62,179 bases of DNA, filler included, from Choristocarpus tenellus KU-1152 (GCA_964200185.2; 9 parts of 9 records of this genome joined end to end with filler, not necessarily neighbours in it); one strand, 5' to 3'; positions 12,743-27,106 are shown, counted from the whole stretch's first letter. Notes: a model not told the origin generated them from the letters alone. Numbers and translations are program-made.

Positions 12743-15560
12743 CAACACCAATACACACCCTCAAAAAATAGGATTTTTGTTTGCTTTTTTTCCCCCCACC
12801 GTGCCCCCCCCCCCCCCCCTCCCCTGCCCTTCCCTACCAGTCCGTTTAACTGGGTCCTTTTTTTCGCCAGCAAGTCCGAATAGTTCTTGATCCCTACCAA
12901 CTAATAAATCACCAGTCAACGGAACTTAATGATATGATATTCACTGCCATTGGTAAAATAATGCAACTTATACCATCAATGGTTTCATATGTAGCAATAT
13001 CATACTGCTGACAAAACCCTATTGCGATTTTGAACTGCAGCCACCGGCCTGCCTTTGATGACCTGGTATCCCCTTTTAATTTTTTTTTGGTTGGTGTTGT
13101 AAGGCCAAGATAACAGCCCACCTCGCATGTCTGAGGCTGCCTCTTATCACATGTAGTGCATGAAATATTAGCCCCCGAAAATTGCGATTACAGGCATACT
13201 ACTTCCTGTCCGTTTTTTCTTGACTCTATTTGACTGACTTGTATCCTGATCGATTCAGCACCCCAGGGCAAGAGCCTACACTTGGGTATGGTGGTTACCA
13301 TATCCGGCAAGTTGTTCAAAAGCAGAATTTCTCATTTTCGTGGATGTACAACACAGAGCTATCTGTAGCAAATTTTCGAACAAAAACTACTCAAAAATGC
13401 TATATTTTCACCTGAAGTTTGTTTCACATTGCAACATTTAGTATATTCACAAACAGGAGGGAATTTTCAGCATGTGAACGACTCACTGAATATGGCAACC
13501 AATATGTCCATGCACAGTAGGTGCTTGTTGCTCCTTGGTGCCAAACCAAAATCAATACATGGTTCAAACGTATATAGATAAGAAAAATCGCACTGAATGC
13601 CCGTACTTACAATTTTCAGGGACCCAATTTTCGTATACTGCAAGAGGCGGGCTGAATAGTGACAGCATCTAACCATCTAACCCAACTGTAGCTGTGGTAT
13701 TCTACTTGCTGTTGATAGTACCTACAATCCTGTCAGTGCATTTCAAAGCCAACAGCATTTCCAAAGTATCATTGTTTCACCCACCTCTGACTCCTACACT
13801 TGAGCATCAGGAAGAGGATTGATTTGAAACTGCCAAACTGCCTCCCCCAAAAAAACAATAACGAAAAATTATAACATCCTATTCTCTGCCTATAGGAACA
13901 ACAGTGCAGAGTCGCTTCAAAACAAGACTGAAATGGTGTGTACGAGAGAACCGAAATTTGCACAACAAGGACAATGTAACGCTCGTATTATATCACATGT
14001 TGCTTTCGCAATTCACGCGACGAGGTGATTCGGAGAGTGAAATCAAGTAAGATGTAGGCAGGGTTGCATTAAGAATCCCGAGAAAGGGCAAAAAAGATGC
14101 ATTTTATACAATTTCAAAAAAGATACTTCGCTGAATTTTGGTGTTAATTTGTGTGTGGAAAGGGGTGACAACAATTTTGCGCAAACTTATATGCACATAA
14201 CAAAGCAATGAAATGGATTGCACTGCACAACAGGGAAAGAAAGATGGATTAGAATGCAAAGAGGTCCGAACCTGCCTACCTCTTGATTGGTTTGGCTCTG
14301 AACAACAACAGGTGTTGTACAGCAAAATGACCCCAAGTGTTTGCTGGACAACGAACATTACAGGACAAAATGTGTTGAGTGTATAATGGAGAATGGAAAC
14401 CTGTAAGCAACTCTAGATGTAGACAGTGGGGTAGAGCTCTCAACCAGAAACATCAAGGAGCAGTAAATTTAAATTGATCCAAACATATTTCAGTGTACTC
14501 CACCATTACTGAAATATGATGCAGCGCACAACAAATCGATGGATGCGAGTCGCCGAGCTCCATTGGAATATCGCAACTGATCGCAAATAAATCGAATCAT
14601 ACTAATTCGGTCATGTCGATTCGTAACATTGCAACGGCGATGTAGAGAAATTGGGCTTGGGCATTATATGAACAATGGACGTTATAGAGCAACTTCCCAC
14701 CAGACGTTATTGAGTTGTGGTAGTGGCCATAGAGAGGAGGTTGGCCCAAAACGTTGTCTTGGAGAACGGCCAGAATATGGTCAAATATTTTGGGTTAATG
14801 GAATAAATAGTGTTGACCATTACATTGTGGACATCCTGAGTGTGAAAATTCGCACATAACGTTTTCAACTTCGACCGATGATCTGATTGAGGAGCTGGTG
14901 AACCCTGATATTCTACAACATATATAAGAATGATTGTCAATGTAATTTGACTTTCTTGGAGGAAAAATTCGTTCTGATGGGTTGATGAACGAGTGGCTGA
15001 TGTGATGATACGGGGAAAACAATAAACAATGAAATAGAAGAATAGATGGAGTGGATGTTAGGAGTGAGAGTTCTGAAAGTTTAAGAGAAATGAGTGGCTG
15101 TGGAATTGAGTGCTACAGAAGGTTGACGGATGAGGTCTTCAGTGTTAAGACTTGAGGAAAGGGCTATATAGGTGCAGGCTAAGAAAGTTAAATTTGACAA
15201 TATTTCTCACCCAACTACCCTCTCGATTGCTCATGATCGAGCAGCATGATAGTTGGGGGGGGGAAAGTCAAGCTCAGGCGGGGTAGATGTCGTTTAGTTC
15301 AAAGGGACGGCATGGAATTCGATGGATATTATGGAGAGTTTTGGATGATGACTGTGGAGTGTATTGAATCGAGGTTCTTAGCGCTTTGTTTGAGAGGATT
15401 GGTCTGGGAGTGGATATTCGGATTGGGTCTATAGGTTGTAGTGGGTACGCCCAATTTGATCGTATCAGTTTGTAAGTAGATATGCATAATCTGACCGCAT
15501 AGGGTTTTTTTGATAATATGTGGAAATTTCCAGTATTATTGGTTGATTTGTGGATAATAT

Positions 15561-15765
15561 TATGTTGAAATTGGCCGCATCAGTTTGTGAGTGGATATAC
15601 AGAAATTGGCCGTGAATATGTTGAAATTGGCCGCATCGACTATTGTGTGGATATATTGAAATTGATCTCATCGAATATGGAGTGGATATGTCGAAATTGG
15701 CCGACTACTACTGAGTGGATATGGAGAAATTGACCGCATCGACTACTGAGTGGATATAACAGAGG
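15561..15765. repeat. Degenerate ~35-bp tandem repeat, about 6 units
   Basis: Unit ~TATGTTGAAATTGGCCGCATCGACTACTGAGTGGA repeated head-to-tail with variants. Confidence 0.85.
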
Positions 15766-18332
15766 ATTTTCAAAATTGGGGATGGAGCGGGACTACNNNN
15801 NNNNNNNNNNNNNNNNNNNNNNNNNNNNNNNNNNNNNNNNTTAATTAATTAANNNNNNNNNNNNNNNNNNNNNNNNNNNNNNNNNNNNNNNNNNNNGTAA
15901 CAATCCCGAGCATAGAGCATACTCCCACAAGATAATATTGTGTATATAGACTAGCAATTAATTTGAGCTTCTTCCTGACACATACAATAGTGTGCAGGTC
16001 TTCTGTCAAACTGTTGCATACATTCTGTTCAGAGACAAAAGGAACACTCATGGAAGAACAACATTCATGAGTGGTGTGACTGAACACTGAAGTGCACAGG
16101 GGAAACCCCCTGTCTTGGGGAACCAATCCTATCATACTTTTTTTACTTCTTCAAATGAAGGTTAGGTTATTCTTACACACAGGTGTGGGTGAAGGAATAA
16201 GATTAGAATTAGAGTTTGCGTTAGATGATTGAAAATTAGTGTGAAAAAGTGAAAGATAGTGGGATCCTTGAGAGGTTATGGTTCCCCAGTGCACATCGTA
16301 CTCCACCGCTTCTTGTAGAATGTTTCATTGGATGCACATAGGGGCATTTTTCACACACAAGTTAGGGTTAGGGATAGTGTTAGGTTTCCAAAAATGTGCC
16401 CAAAAAAGTGAAAAAAATAATGCAGGGGTGTTTTCCGAACACAAGGGTTCCCCTCTGCACTGCAACACAATACGATGATACTGTACTATTTTTTTGTGAT
16501 CACCACCATACTCTGATGATAACAGAGGATCAAATAGAGTTCTCTCGAAGGAGGCAATATATCTAGAAAGGTTGACATTTTGGAGAAGATAATATGGTGT
16601 TGAGGTCTTTCCACTCTTACATTCAGCATGCATATTATATTTCTGCTCTCTTTTTAATGTATATGCCTTTCTGATAAAGGTGAAATCATAGTGTATGTTG
16701 CTTCTATCAAATGTTTGAGGATAAGGTAATTGTATCAATATATAGTTACCAATACACTACGAAATATGATATTTCGAAGTACTACTATTAATATAGCAAT
16801 TAGAGAATCAAATCAACCAAAATATACCAATCATTTCAATTTGCTGTGAACATTTCATTGCTATACTTAATATATATGAAGTGTCAGGTAATAGCATTAT
16901 CCTAACTACTACTAAGTAGTACTCACTTCAATAGACCTTTACCTTTTCAACAAACAATTGGTTCATTTTGGCATATTTTTTGGGGCATCTAAACTGAATT
17001 CAATGTGTTAAAAAAATCTTTAGGGGGTTGTTTTGATACCCTGTTTAGAGCAACATTTTGAAAATTATGACTTACGTATCAAGTTGATTACTTTCTCAGA
17101 TCTTTCTTGTCAGGCAAACCCGGGACTTGCTACAACAAACATCACTGTCTGAGAGTTTCAGGTATACTAATGCGAGCTATTGAATTCATGCTGGTGGGGG
17201 GTACCAACTGTGCCTTTGAGGCCAACCACAACCTCAACAAAGCTGTGGGCATCAATGGGTACAGCACAACTCAGCATTCTCCTTGTTGGAAGGACAAAGA
17301 CCACTGTGTACCAGCACACTTGAAGCGAAATCGAACAGAAGCATTCACAGCTGAGGGTTTGCTACAGGACAGAGTAATCTCAGTGGGAAGTAAAGTGTGT
17401 CCATGATAAGACTGACAACAATGGCAGTGGTGGTCCACACGTTATGTGAAGCAGCAATACAAGACAATCCATGAAGGGAAATGCAGATGGACTTTTGAGT
17501 TGAGGATTGTTGGTTCACCACAAAGGTGAGCGGGGTCAAAAAAGCAGAGAAAACTCGTGCTCACCTTTAGGGTGCATAGCAGTGGTCCAGGTACTACCAA
17601 CTGAAAAATTTGCAAGCGTGATTTACATAATACCTCGATTTTAGAGTGGAAACTATGTGAGATATTTGTATGAGGCTATAGAGAAATGATAAGGCAGGAA
17701 TATGAGTGTGAACCAGCAATATTGCACTCCTCCATAAGACTGGACTCTTTACAGGCCAAAACATTTGGTGTACCAACTGGCGAGAGAGTAATTAAACCTC
17801 AAACCAGTTGATTCTTGTCCGGGTAACTTAGATATTGCAGATACAGGTTCAATGAGTCTTGATGGATATCCTACGATTACACTGGTTCAGTACAACAGTA
17901 AGCCCTCAGAACATCAGACATATCCCAAACTCATCAATGCCCGTGCTCTGTACCTAAACCACGCCATCACACTTGCCTCGTCTTGCCTATCATCCAATGC
18001 CATCCTCAATTCATGACCAAGTACCAATACATCATACATACTTGAACTGCACCTCTAGAGCTCTGTAGAGCTTGCTAGAGTACACAGTGGCATGGAAAAA
18101 AGCCAAAGAAACGACCAAGCAATGTTGAACTCCATGAACTATACCACTAGATCAAGAAAAAAAAAGAATTATGCAAATACTTGACATCTAACATCAACAT
18201 AACCGCTTTCGAACACTGCTCATCAACAGGGCACATAAAAAACACAACACTATCCAGGTGTCTCGTCCTGAATCACATCAAAATACATAAACACCACCTT
18301 TGTAACCTATGTACTATATTCTGTGAAAAAAT

Positions 18333-18512
18333 GGTTCTAAGTATCTGGGACGGGGTGGCGGCTGTCCATTTGGGGGCAATTTTTTAATGTCGCGATTTTT
18401 GGGTGATTTGGTTGCATGCGTCGGATGGATGTTGTAAATACACTTTTCCTGATTTTGACCCAAATGAACCCCCTGCTGTAGACCCTCCCCCCCCTCCCAG
18501 ATACTTCGGGTC
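18333..18512. mobile_element. MITE family B (~180 bp)
   Basis: ggttctaagtatctgg ... ccagatacttcgggtc; interior matches copies at 27107, 27470, 34516 and 57932. Confidence 0.85.
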
Positions 18513-18963
18513 ACTGCAGTATCTGACCAGTTACAAAATTCACCACTGGAAACAAAATGTTACAGTAGGAAAAAAAATACAACCCATTTGATCCAATTTA
18601 CATCGTCATTGATATCGTTAGGTCTCATAGCAAATCAATTGCACCTTGTCAATTTATTTCAACAAAAGTTGACGCCTCTCGAATCAAATTCGCAAAAGAG
18701 GGGCCAAGAGGCTTACACCTTGCTCCTGACTCCCTGCTGCCATTGGTCCTATGGCAATCTCTAACCTGACCAGAATTTCTCCCCCCCTCATCAAATATGG
18801 ACAGTTATCGGTACCAACTACACAACACGACTGCTTCCCTACCTAACCACCTATTCCTTCATTTTTTCTCACTCCTACATATTATACAATATACCCAATG
18901 AAAAAAATAGATCCAGACAGAAAATCAAGATGAAGATCAAGAACGAGCAGACACAGTGCCACG

Positions 18964-19575
18964 TTATGTCAGTGTTGCCTCAGCAGAAGTAGTTACTGGG
19001 ACACTAGCCTGCTCCAACGCAGGGGGTGCTGCTGATGCCGGAGCAGGGCTGCTGCTAAAACCAAGGACTGGACAGACAACAAGCCAGCGAAGGGGAGAGT
19101 GGGGCGAGGGAGGTCATCGGGGTGTTTTCAACTCTCCGAGAAAAGCATTCAGCGCCTGCTGGAGAGTACATAATAACATATATCACCACCAACTACCCAA
19201 TGCCGAGTAGGACTCCCACGCAAATCAAAAACCCTCACGGACTCAAACAAAAAGAAAAGAAGCTACAAACCACGACAACACGCACCTCATACAAAATCAA
19301 TCCCGTTCATTCCCACACTCAAAACCAAATATTTAAAAACAGAACAAAAAACAAACAGCAAGAGCCATCACACACACACACACTTTTTTTTTTCCACACC
19401 CAACAACAAACAGCATGGCAAACCTCTCATGGCTTCCTCCTCTGTCGCGGGGAAGGGAGCGTTGTCCAGCTTGAAGCTCTCATTGAAGCGTTGTCGAAGC
19501 ACACTGAAGCGCTTCCCATGCTTCACCTTGTACACCAGTCCAAACGTACACAGACGTCCGCAAGCCTCCGCGCAA
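18964..19575 (-). CDS. Last two exons (19424-19575, 18964-19067) of an unidentified protein
   Basis: Phase-compatible AG/GT junctions give CAEACGRLCTFGLVYKVKHGKRFSVLRQRFNESFKLDNAPFPATEEEAMR-VLGFSSSPAPAS...TLT*; no family recognised. Confidence 0.55.
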
Positions 19576-20124
19576 CTGAATTTTGAGAATAATAGTGTGT
19601 GTGACACGTCACACTGAGTCAGCGACAAAGTACATAAAGAGTCATTTCGCATAGCAATTACCCCCCCCCCCCCCCCCCCCCCTTTCTTCTCCCCTCTTTT
19701 CTCTTCCCTCNNNNNNNNNNNNNNNNNNNNNNNNNNNNNNNNNNNNNNNNNNNNTTAATTAATTAANNNNNNNNNNNNNNNNNNNNNNNNNNNNNNNNNN
19801 NNNNNNNNNNCCCCCCAGATACTTTGGATCTTTACTGTATGTGCACATCCAGAGCTACTCACCTTTCTCAAGATCTTCCTTATCAGATCACCAATATACA
19901 GAACAATTGCCATATTGCAAGGGAAGGTTGTAAGTGCCAGGTTGATTCCTTTTTAAAGAGTCCATATCTTCATGAATGCATGAAACGTTTTCCCTGACCT
20001 ACTTGGCATACTAGTGGTTGTTATTCTCTGCCATACCTAAGTTCTACAATACGCTTGTTCAAGCTTCTGGACTTCAGAAAAGGTTCGTACCATCTTCTAC
20101 TGTCCAAATAAGGCAACAGCTCAC

Positions 20125-23100
20125 CACAAAGTTGGCCTTGTGGGTCTTGCAGAACCGTGATTTGCTCCCGGACAACCCATATACGGGCCTTTCCTTGCAT
20201 CCAACGCGGTAACAGCGCTTGCTCACTCCACACACCATGCCTTCCACCTTGTGCAAAGCACAGAATGAAGGTTTCTCTCCTATGTAGCCATACTGGATGC
20301 AGGGATAATAATGTGGACGGGAGAGATTGATAAAATGACAGAAGCATATAGGAGGGCAAAGAAAAAATTGAGTCAGGTAATGTGTGATGAGGACAGAAGG
20401 TAGGGGTGACTGTAGAGCTCTACTACATCTGATGAGACACTCCATATATCTCAGCCCTACTATCAGAGTACAGCGAGGTATTAGTTTCGGATGCTAGTGA
20501 GTGAATGCACTATTAGATATCAATCCACTACTATCCACCTACAGAATATTTTGGCTTGGAAAGGTTTCCATTCCTTGCATTGAATTCGTGTTGACTATTT
20601 GAAGTACATCATTTTTCGTGTGCTTATGACTACCTGATTGCGACTAACTGGATGACAGCTGATAAGTTGACAGGTTCCTGTGAAGGCAGGTACTTCACAA
20701 CAATGGAAGGGCTTTATAGGAAATGTTGAAAACAATACGCAAAGCAGATAGTGTTCAGTCTTTGTTATATGATAGATGGTGTAACCATCTGGTCCAAGTA
20801 GGGAATTTGAAACGTGTAATTGCTATACACTATACTATACTATAGTAGGGTAAAGCGCAGGAGCGTTTGGTGAGGGGCTTGTATGTGTTGGACCTTTCTT
20901 TGCGTAGGATATATGCAATAGAACCATTTTACACCTCGTCACTTGGTTATGTAGACATTGTAACTCTATTGACTTAAGCTGAAAACCACACACACACTCA
21001 AAGTGTCATCCCAGTTGGACTATTTCTGTCATTCACAACTTTGGGTCTGCATCTGCCCTATAGACATCAGCCCTTACATTACTCAATGCAATGTTAGCGC
21101 ATTCATAATGTCCTGCCTTGCTTTCTGATCCGAGACCACATCTCTACTATACTGCCGAAAGTAGCGTATAGCATAACGTAACGTACAGAACAATAACATA
21201 AAATATAGTAGTAAACGAAGATACACGTACAAATTGTATCCATAGTTGGTATTCCAAAAGTGATGAAAATGTCATCATGCTACTTTACATTTGCATTTGC
21301 AGCAGTCAACCACCATCGTTCTTAATGCACACTAAATTACTCCGACAATAAGCCAGGTAGGGTATAATATAGTCTGCTATTTCCTGTGAACAAAAAAAAG
21401 CATTTATAAGGGTGTGCCATGGAACGAGAACTATTTACTGGAAGCCCATTACTAGCTCAGGTGTCTACTCTGACCAAAGAGTTTGGGGAGGGCTCACAGA
21501 GGGCCTTGTGATGCACCCAATAGCCTGGCATCGTGGGTTTCGTACGTCGATCATCGCTGGGGCTTTGTGAGCATGGCAGAACCTTGCCCGTCCAGACTCG
21601 TATCCGTACTGTCAAGAGAGTGTAGAAAGTGAGGGTAGAGTTTGATTTGCGGTTTGGTTCATGTTAATTTGACAAATGGCGGCAAGCCAAATACATTTGC
21701 TGAGCTGTAGGTATCATCTTTCTGCAGTAGGATTAGAGTGTGGGAAGGTGATTATTGGATATTCCTTGTGGAAACTGGGATGAGTAGGGCCTTTCAATCC
21801 TCACAACCCGTCCAACACAGCCACTATGGGGAAAGAAAAACAAACAACAAAGCATATACGAGCTGTGAAGAGAGACTTCACATTGATTTACCTTCTGCAA
21901 GGAGAGATGGACATTGGAATTCATGCCGTATACTCAAAATGTTACATATATTATTTGTATTGCTCATAGTATGGGCTAATTGACCTATACCAGGTATACT
22001 TAAAATCTGGGATACTTCAGTCAGATTGCGACAAACTCATGGGGTTTCAGTACTGATTTTCTACGGTGATGTCTGAGTTAGAGTGCATGAAGTGTCCCAC
22101 TTCACAGTTCAAATTCTGTTTCAAATGGTGTCAAAAAGAGTCGCTTGTCACTTCTTCCCTGATATTTTTTAAGGAGAAAAAAATTATGCTCAATATATAT
22201 TTTCACACTACTCTGCTATCGTTGTCATACTTCTCAGTAGGTAGTAAGCAGTTACTTTGAAGTATGCACTTTTGAAATATATGTACCAACCAGTCATATG
22301 GTTGTAGTTCTGGGTCCTGAATTCGTAGGAAATACTTATCAATTTCGACTATTCATTAAATTATTCCCAAGTTATGGTGACCGTGAGAAGGTAAACCTTT
22401 TTAAATATTTTTAAAAGAGATCTCGCAGATTCTTTGGGTACTTCCCTAGTTCTTCGAACGCCTTCGTACAGCTTAGGATAGGAGTATAGTAGTGTGGACA
22501 TCTATTCGTTGGAGACAATCTACCAGGTGATGTTGTTTTATAGTTTCAACCGAACAGGTTGTTGTAAGAAGTATGTTGGAAACACCACTTAATAATGTAT
22601 CATAAGTTCTTATCATTTTGTCTTTGTCTTATCTATCCTGACATATCTCAATGGACTTAACAATGTGGGGAATGTATTTCGTTTGTAGTTCAAATAATCA
22701 TTGTTGTAACTTCATTTTTTCTCGAAGTCTTTTGAAAGTAACCACTCTTGGCTGAAAGGTTTTCGAACGTAGATTGACTTTGGTCTTTTCCCTCTTCTCA
22801 CACATCTGGAAAACGCCAAAAATACTGGGAATAGTAACATAATTTTGGATTTTTTTTTGTGAGCAGTAACGTATGACGATTTGTACCGTTTGTAGGAGCA
22901 TCACACGATACCGCTCTGCCACTTCTGAGTTCTTTGTAGACGAAAAGCCAGAATTTTTTGTGGATTAGGCGGTCTACTTGAAGGAAATTCCTCCTATCAT
23001 ACTTAATACTCCAGAGTATATTATTAAACCTCCATACTGAAATTTCGCAGATGTGTCAGCGGAGGGATAAGATCGTGAAACTGCTGTAACACTAATCTTT

Positions 23101-26100
23101 TCATGTTTGTAGAGCACCAAATTTCAAGATCTCAATAGAGGAGCCTAACAAGTCGATGTATGAATCAATAGTGTAAATGATTTTACTACTGTAAGAAATA
23201 GTGCTCCTTCTCAGTGGACCACCAGCTTGTTGTACCCTCTGTCTTCTTACTCCCCTCCACAAAAATACTATTATTTTAAACGTTAGCCCAATTTATCTTC
23301 ACTCACAGTGGGCCTTTTAGTGCAGCCAATATGATTGCAGCGCCGATTCCTGACATCCACCATGCCAAGCACCTTGTGTTCAAGGCACATCCTCGCCTTT
23401 CCACCCTCGTATCCATACGTCGGCCACTTCATACACCAGGCGATTTCACAGACGCGTTTCTTGAGCCCGGCCTTACTCTGTAGTTTGATTGGAGAGGGGA
23501 TGTTGTATGTGTGAAAATACAATTTCTAGGCCAAACGTAGGCCATAGCCTTACATGCAATGTGCATATATACACACCTGCCCCTCTCAAAACAGAAATGA
23601 GCAGGAAACGATCAGGATGTTACTAAATAGTATATTTGGCGCGGGAAGGGGAATTTTCTCATAACATTTACTGTATTGGGGGGGGATACTCTCAAGCAAG
23701 AAAGCTCAGGATTCAACCCATAAATGGGTCAAGGGAGACAATAGATACGTAAGGAAGGGAAGTGGTGGCAAAAGAAAGAAGCATGCATTTGCAATCAGTT
23801 TCCAAAGGTCGCACCACAGGAGTAGTGATGGTGTAGATCAGACTCTGCCAGTATTTGGAGGTTCATCTCTGGAGAATGTAGGGAAGCCAAAATTACAAAA
23901 AGCAGTAAAGGTAGCAGAAAATTCTTACCGGTTTTTGTGGTAATGGGCAGGAGACATGCCATCAAGGGATTTAACAGGAACAGGAATAGAACGTGGAATA
24001 AAACCCCATGCTTTAGACAAACAAGGAAAGAAGATGAGGTTACGCTACATAAGTGGTGTGGAGAAGGCTCCCCCAGTGTTCGGAGGTTTCACAATACATG
24101 ATAATGAAATGCAAAAAACGACAAAAATGTTAAAGGCTTGTTTGATCATAATGGGTAAGAAACGCATCAAACGAGGGATACAACAAAAGGGAACGTGGGA
24201 CATAGCCCCATGCTTTTGTGCAAGGAAGGAAGTTTCGACCAATTCTATATCATCAACCAAGCGAAGCCCATTGCTGTTTTAGCACATGTACTCTGGATTA
24301 TATCAATAATTCTGATGTGTAACGTTTCTAAATATTGCAACTTTGCCTGTTAATTTCTGGCTACATATTGCATTATTTTGCTCAGAGTCTGGCATGGCAG
24401 GTAGTGGCGTAACAGGTTTTACACAAATCGGCACTAAAAGTGTGTTGGCACGCACGTGGTGTGGTGGCAAGTTGTGGAGTGTATCAGAAGGTTGGTTTTC
24501 TAGGTTTTGGGAGTATTTTGAAGGACAGTGTTTCTATGTTCAAGATTATAGAAAATTGGTAAGGGAACTCTCTTTAAGGGAGACTTCAGCAGTCAACATT
24601 CTGTATGACTGGACGTCAAGCCAACAACAAACCCTCTTTGGATGTTGGAGATCTATCTAACTATTTAACATTGTCGAGGTACAAGGGCGTAAGGACTTGG
24701 GAATAAATTCACGCAAGGGTGAGACTGAAAGATGCGAAAGTGTGTATGCACACACTTAGACTAAACGGATGTAAAGATGTATCATCACTGGGTTATGATT
24801 GACTTTTGTCCCGCAGGTATCATATTGTCATATCAAATCAAGAAAGGAAACGCACATGTTAAGTGTAGTATTAAACCAATACCCAAACCACGACAATAAA
24901 AATTTTGAAACAAAATTAGAAGTAGGTGTGTGACTCACCAAAGAAAGCACATGACAGAGGTTGTACTTCTACTATGACCAAAGGAAAGAAAAACAAGAAG
25001 ACAAAGATGAAAATTCCTCTACTTCCACAGTACTGCTTCAATTCTCGGACAGTGTGTTTATTCAACTGAGTTAGACAGTAGCAATCCCCTTCACACAACA
25101 TAGACACCTTAATTAGCACCAATACCTCTAGCTGTTACGCCATATGCATATATCCGTTTTTTGTCAAAGTGTAATGTTATATTCCCCGCACATTGTATTT
25201 GACACCCACCATGGTCACAGCTTCAACTTGATTGCTCGAGACTGTTGAACCCCTCACAGTATCATGATGTCCAGTCATTGGTCCAGGGTTTGGGACTTGT
25301 GTACCTGTCCCGAGAAGGGGTATAGTAAGGAGAAAGAGATACCAAGTGGGTAAGTTTTGAGTGCAGTACAAGGATTGGAAGGAAACGTTGAATATTGCTG
25401 AGGGGTGGTAACTTGTTGATCAATGGTCAACCAGTCAAGCCCAATGGCTGAATGGTGGACATGGATGACGCGAATGGTGGACGATATTGACTAACGAGTT
25501 GTACACTTGAGAGTTTATGCCATAGAGCCCTAGTAGAGATATTGTATGATTCACTGTATGCTCATTGACTTGATAATACTGTAATATTTAAGTACAAGTA
25601 CGCAAGCAAGAGAAGGGATATTACGTTGTGGTTGACTACACAGCATTAGATGTTTCATATGGAATTAATATCGCTCCCTCCAAACAGCTTCGACTTTCTT
25701 ATTCATCCTTACTTTAACAGGTATTTATTCTCTGGTACGTACTAGAGCTGGCGATGGCCACGTTGCAGTAAGCCATCTCTTGCTCAGGGTGACCAAGGTA
25801 CGAGGTCTGAAAGGAGTGTTGTGCAATTCACTGTTATAGGGTCGATCTCCCACTCTATACTTCCAATAACCACACAGCCGCATCATTGGTATCCAGTCCA
25901 GATCTAAAGTATGAAATACCTAAGATCACTCCTACTTGTACATACATATCTCAAATTGAACTTTCCTCTCACCTACAGTATGCACGGGTACACATATGCT
26001 GCTATGTAATCGAGATAGGATCAAGTAATGAGAGTCAGAGCACGCTTCTATTTGTACATGCTATGTATTAGAATGGGGTACGTTATTTTATCAACTTGTT

Positions 26101-26435
26101 TCAGTGTAAGTGGGCCCTTATACAAGGTGTGTGTAGCTCCTCATGCTCGGAGTCAGGGCACCCACCACATCAGACGTTTCGAGGTGCACAATGATGGAGA
26201 CAGGGAATTGTACCTGTTAATTTATGCTTGAGTAACGGGACTTCAGTGTCTGCATATATGCATGACCTCCTTGACGAACTTCGTAGCTTGCTCTCAACAA
26301 TGATCTCATCGCTAGGTCTTCTCTATAATAGGCCCAATTATTACGAAATTCATTTGCAAGTGACCTGCATGCTAACACATTCACTACTGCCTCGATTGTC
26401 AAGTCCGTATGCATTCCGTCCTTTTCAAGTCCCAT
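20125..26435 (-). CDS. EsV-1-7 cysteine-rich repeat protein, 3'-truncated; confident exons 23307-23477, 21498-21608, 20125-20292; probable 5' exons at ~25210-25303, ~25743-25806, ~26280-26435
   Basis: Repeats C-x4-C-x-(K/T/E)-(W/R)-P-x-YG-x5-(R/S)-(F/M)-C-x2-HK-x3-M-x-D, e.g. YGYESGRARFCHAHKAPAMIDVRNPRCQAIGCITRPS; phase-0 GT-AG junctions. Confidence 0.85.
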
Positions 26436-26944
26436 ACATCCTCCTTTTCATCGCAAAGTTGGTTCGCTACCCTTACCACTAATATCCATCACTGTTCTGT
26501 ACTTAGTTCCCCATACATACTCAACTTCTTTTGCACCATATCCTCCCGAAACAATTCCCCACTAGGTTTGACACTAGCCAAATATTAGACCTTCGTGTAT
26601 TACCCAGAAAGAAAAAACATGAGTGATCTTACTTACAATTGCCCCCCTCAATCGTGAAATTCGTCTGCAAATGCCCATGTATTGTCAAATGAGTACATTC
26701 TGCCTCCCTCGCTGATTCCATACATGCAACTTCCTATTATACATTCTCCCTTCATTTCAAAATTGTATTTTTTAAAAGTACACAACCTTAGCCAACCCCG
26801 AGACTCGTATGTTATCATTTTCTTGCCACTGACTGTTTCAAACAAATTACCACCAGCTTTACGATAACACCAGTGAAGATGTTAGTTCATTAGTCATTCT
26901 GACGAGAACATGGCAACTCCTTGGATTAAATGGATCAATGACAA

Positions 26945-27006
26945 GGCTCAAAGTATCTGGAGGGGGGGGGGGGGTGGCGGCTGTCCATTTGGGGTCAATT
27001 TTTTCA
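26945..27006. mobile_element. MITE family B left end, cut by contig end
   Basis: ggctcaaagtatctgg, G-run, then ggctgtccatttgggg. Confidence 0.8.
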
Positions 27007-27106
27007 NNNNNNNNNNNNNNNNNNNNNNNNNNNNNNNNNNNNNNNNNNNNTTAATTAATTAANNNNNNNNNNNNNNNNNNNNNNNNNNNNNNNNNNNNNN
27101 NNNNNN

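Noticed and set aside
12950-13830. Possible piggyBac-like transposase remnant (minus strand; KYG / CDFSYLYTFE and Cys-rich words)
   Set aside because: Motifs too degenerate; no DDD triad, TIR or TTAA boundaries could be established
15561-15765. CRISPR-like array (35-bp periodicity)
   Set aside because: Units are head-to-tail without unique spacers, there are no cas genes, and the context is eukaryotic
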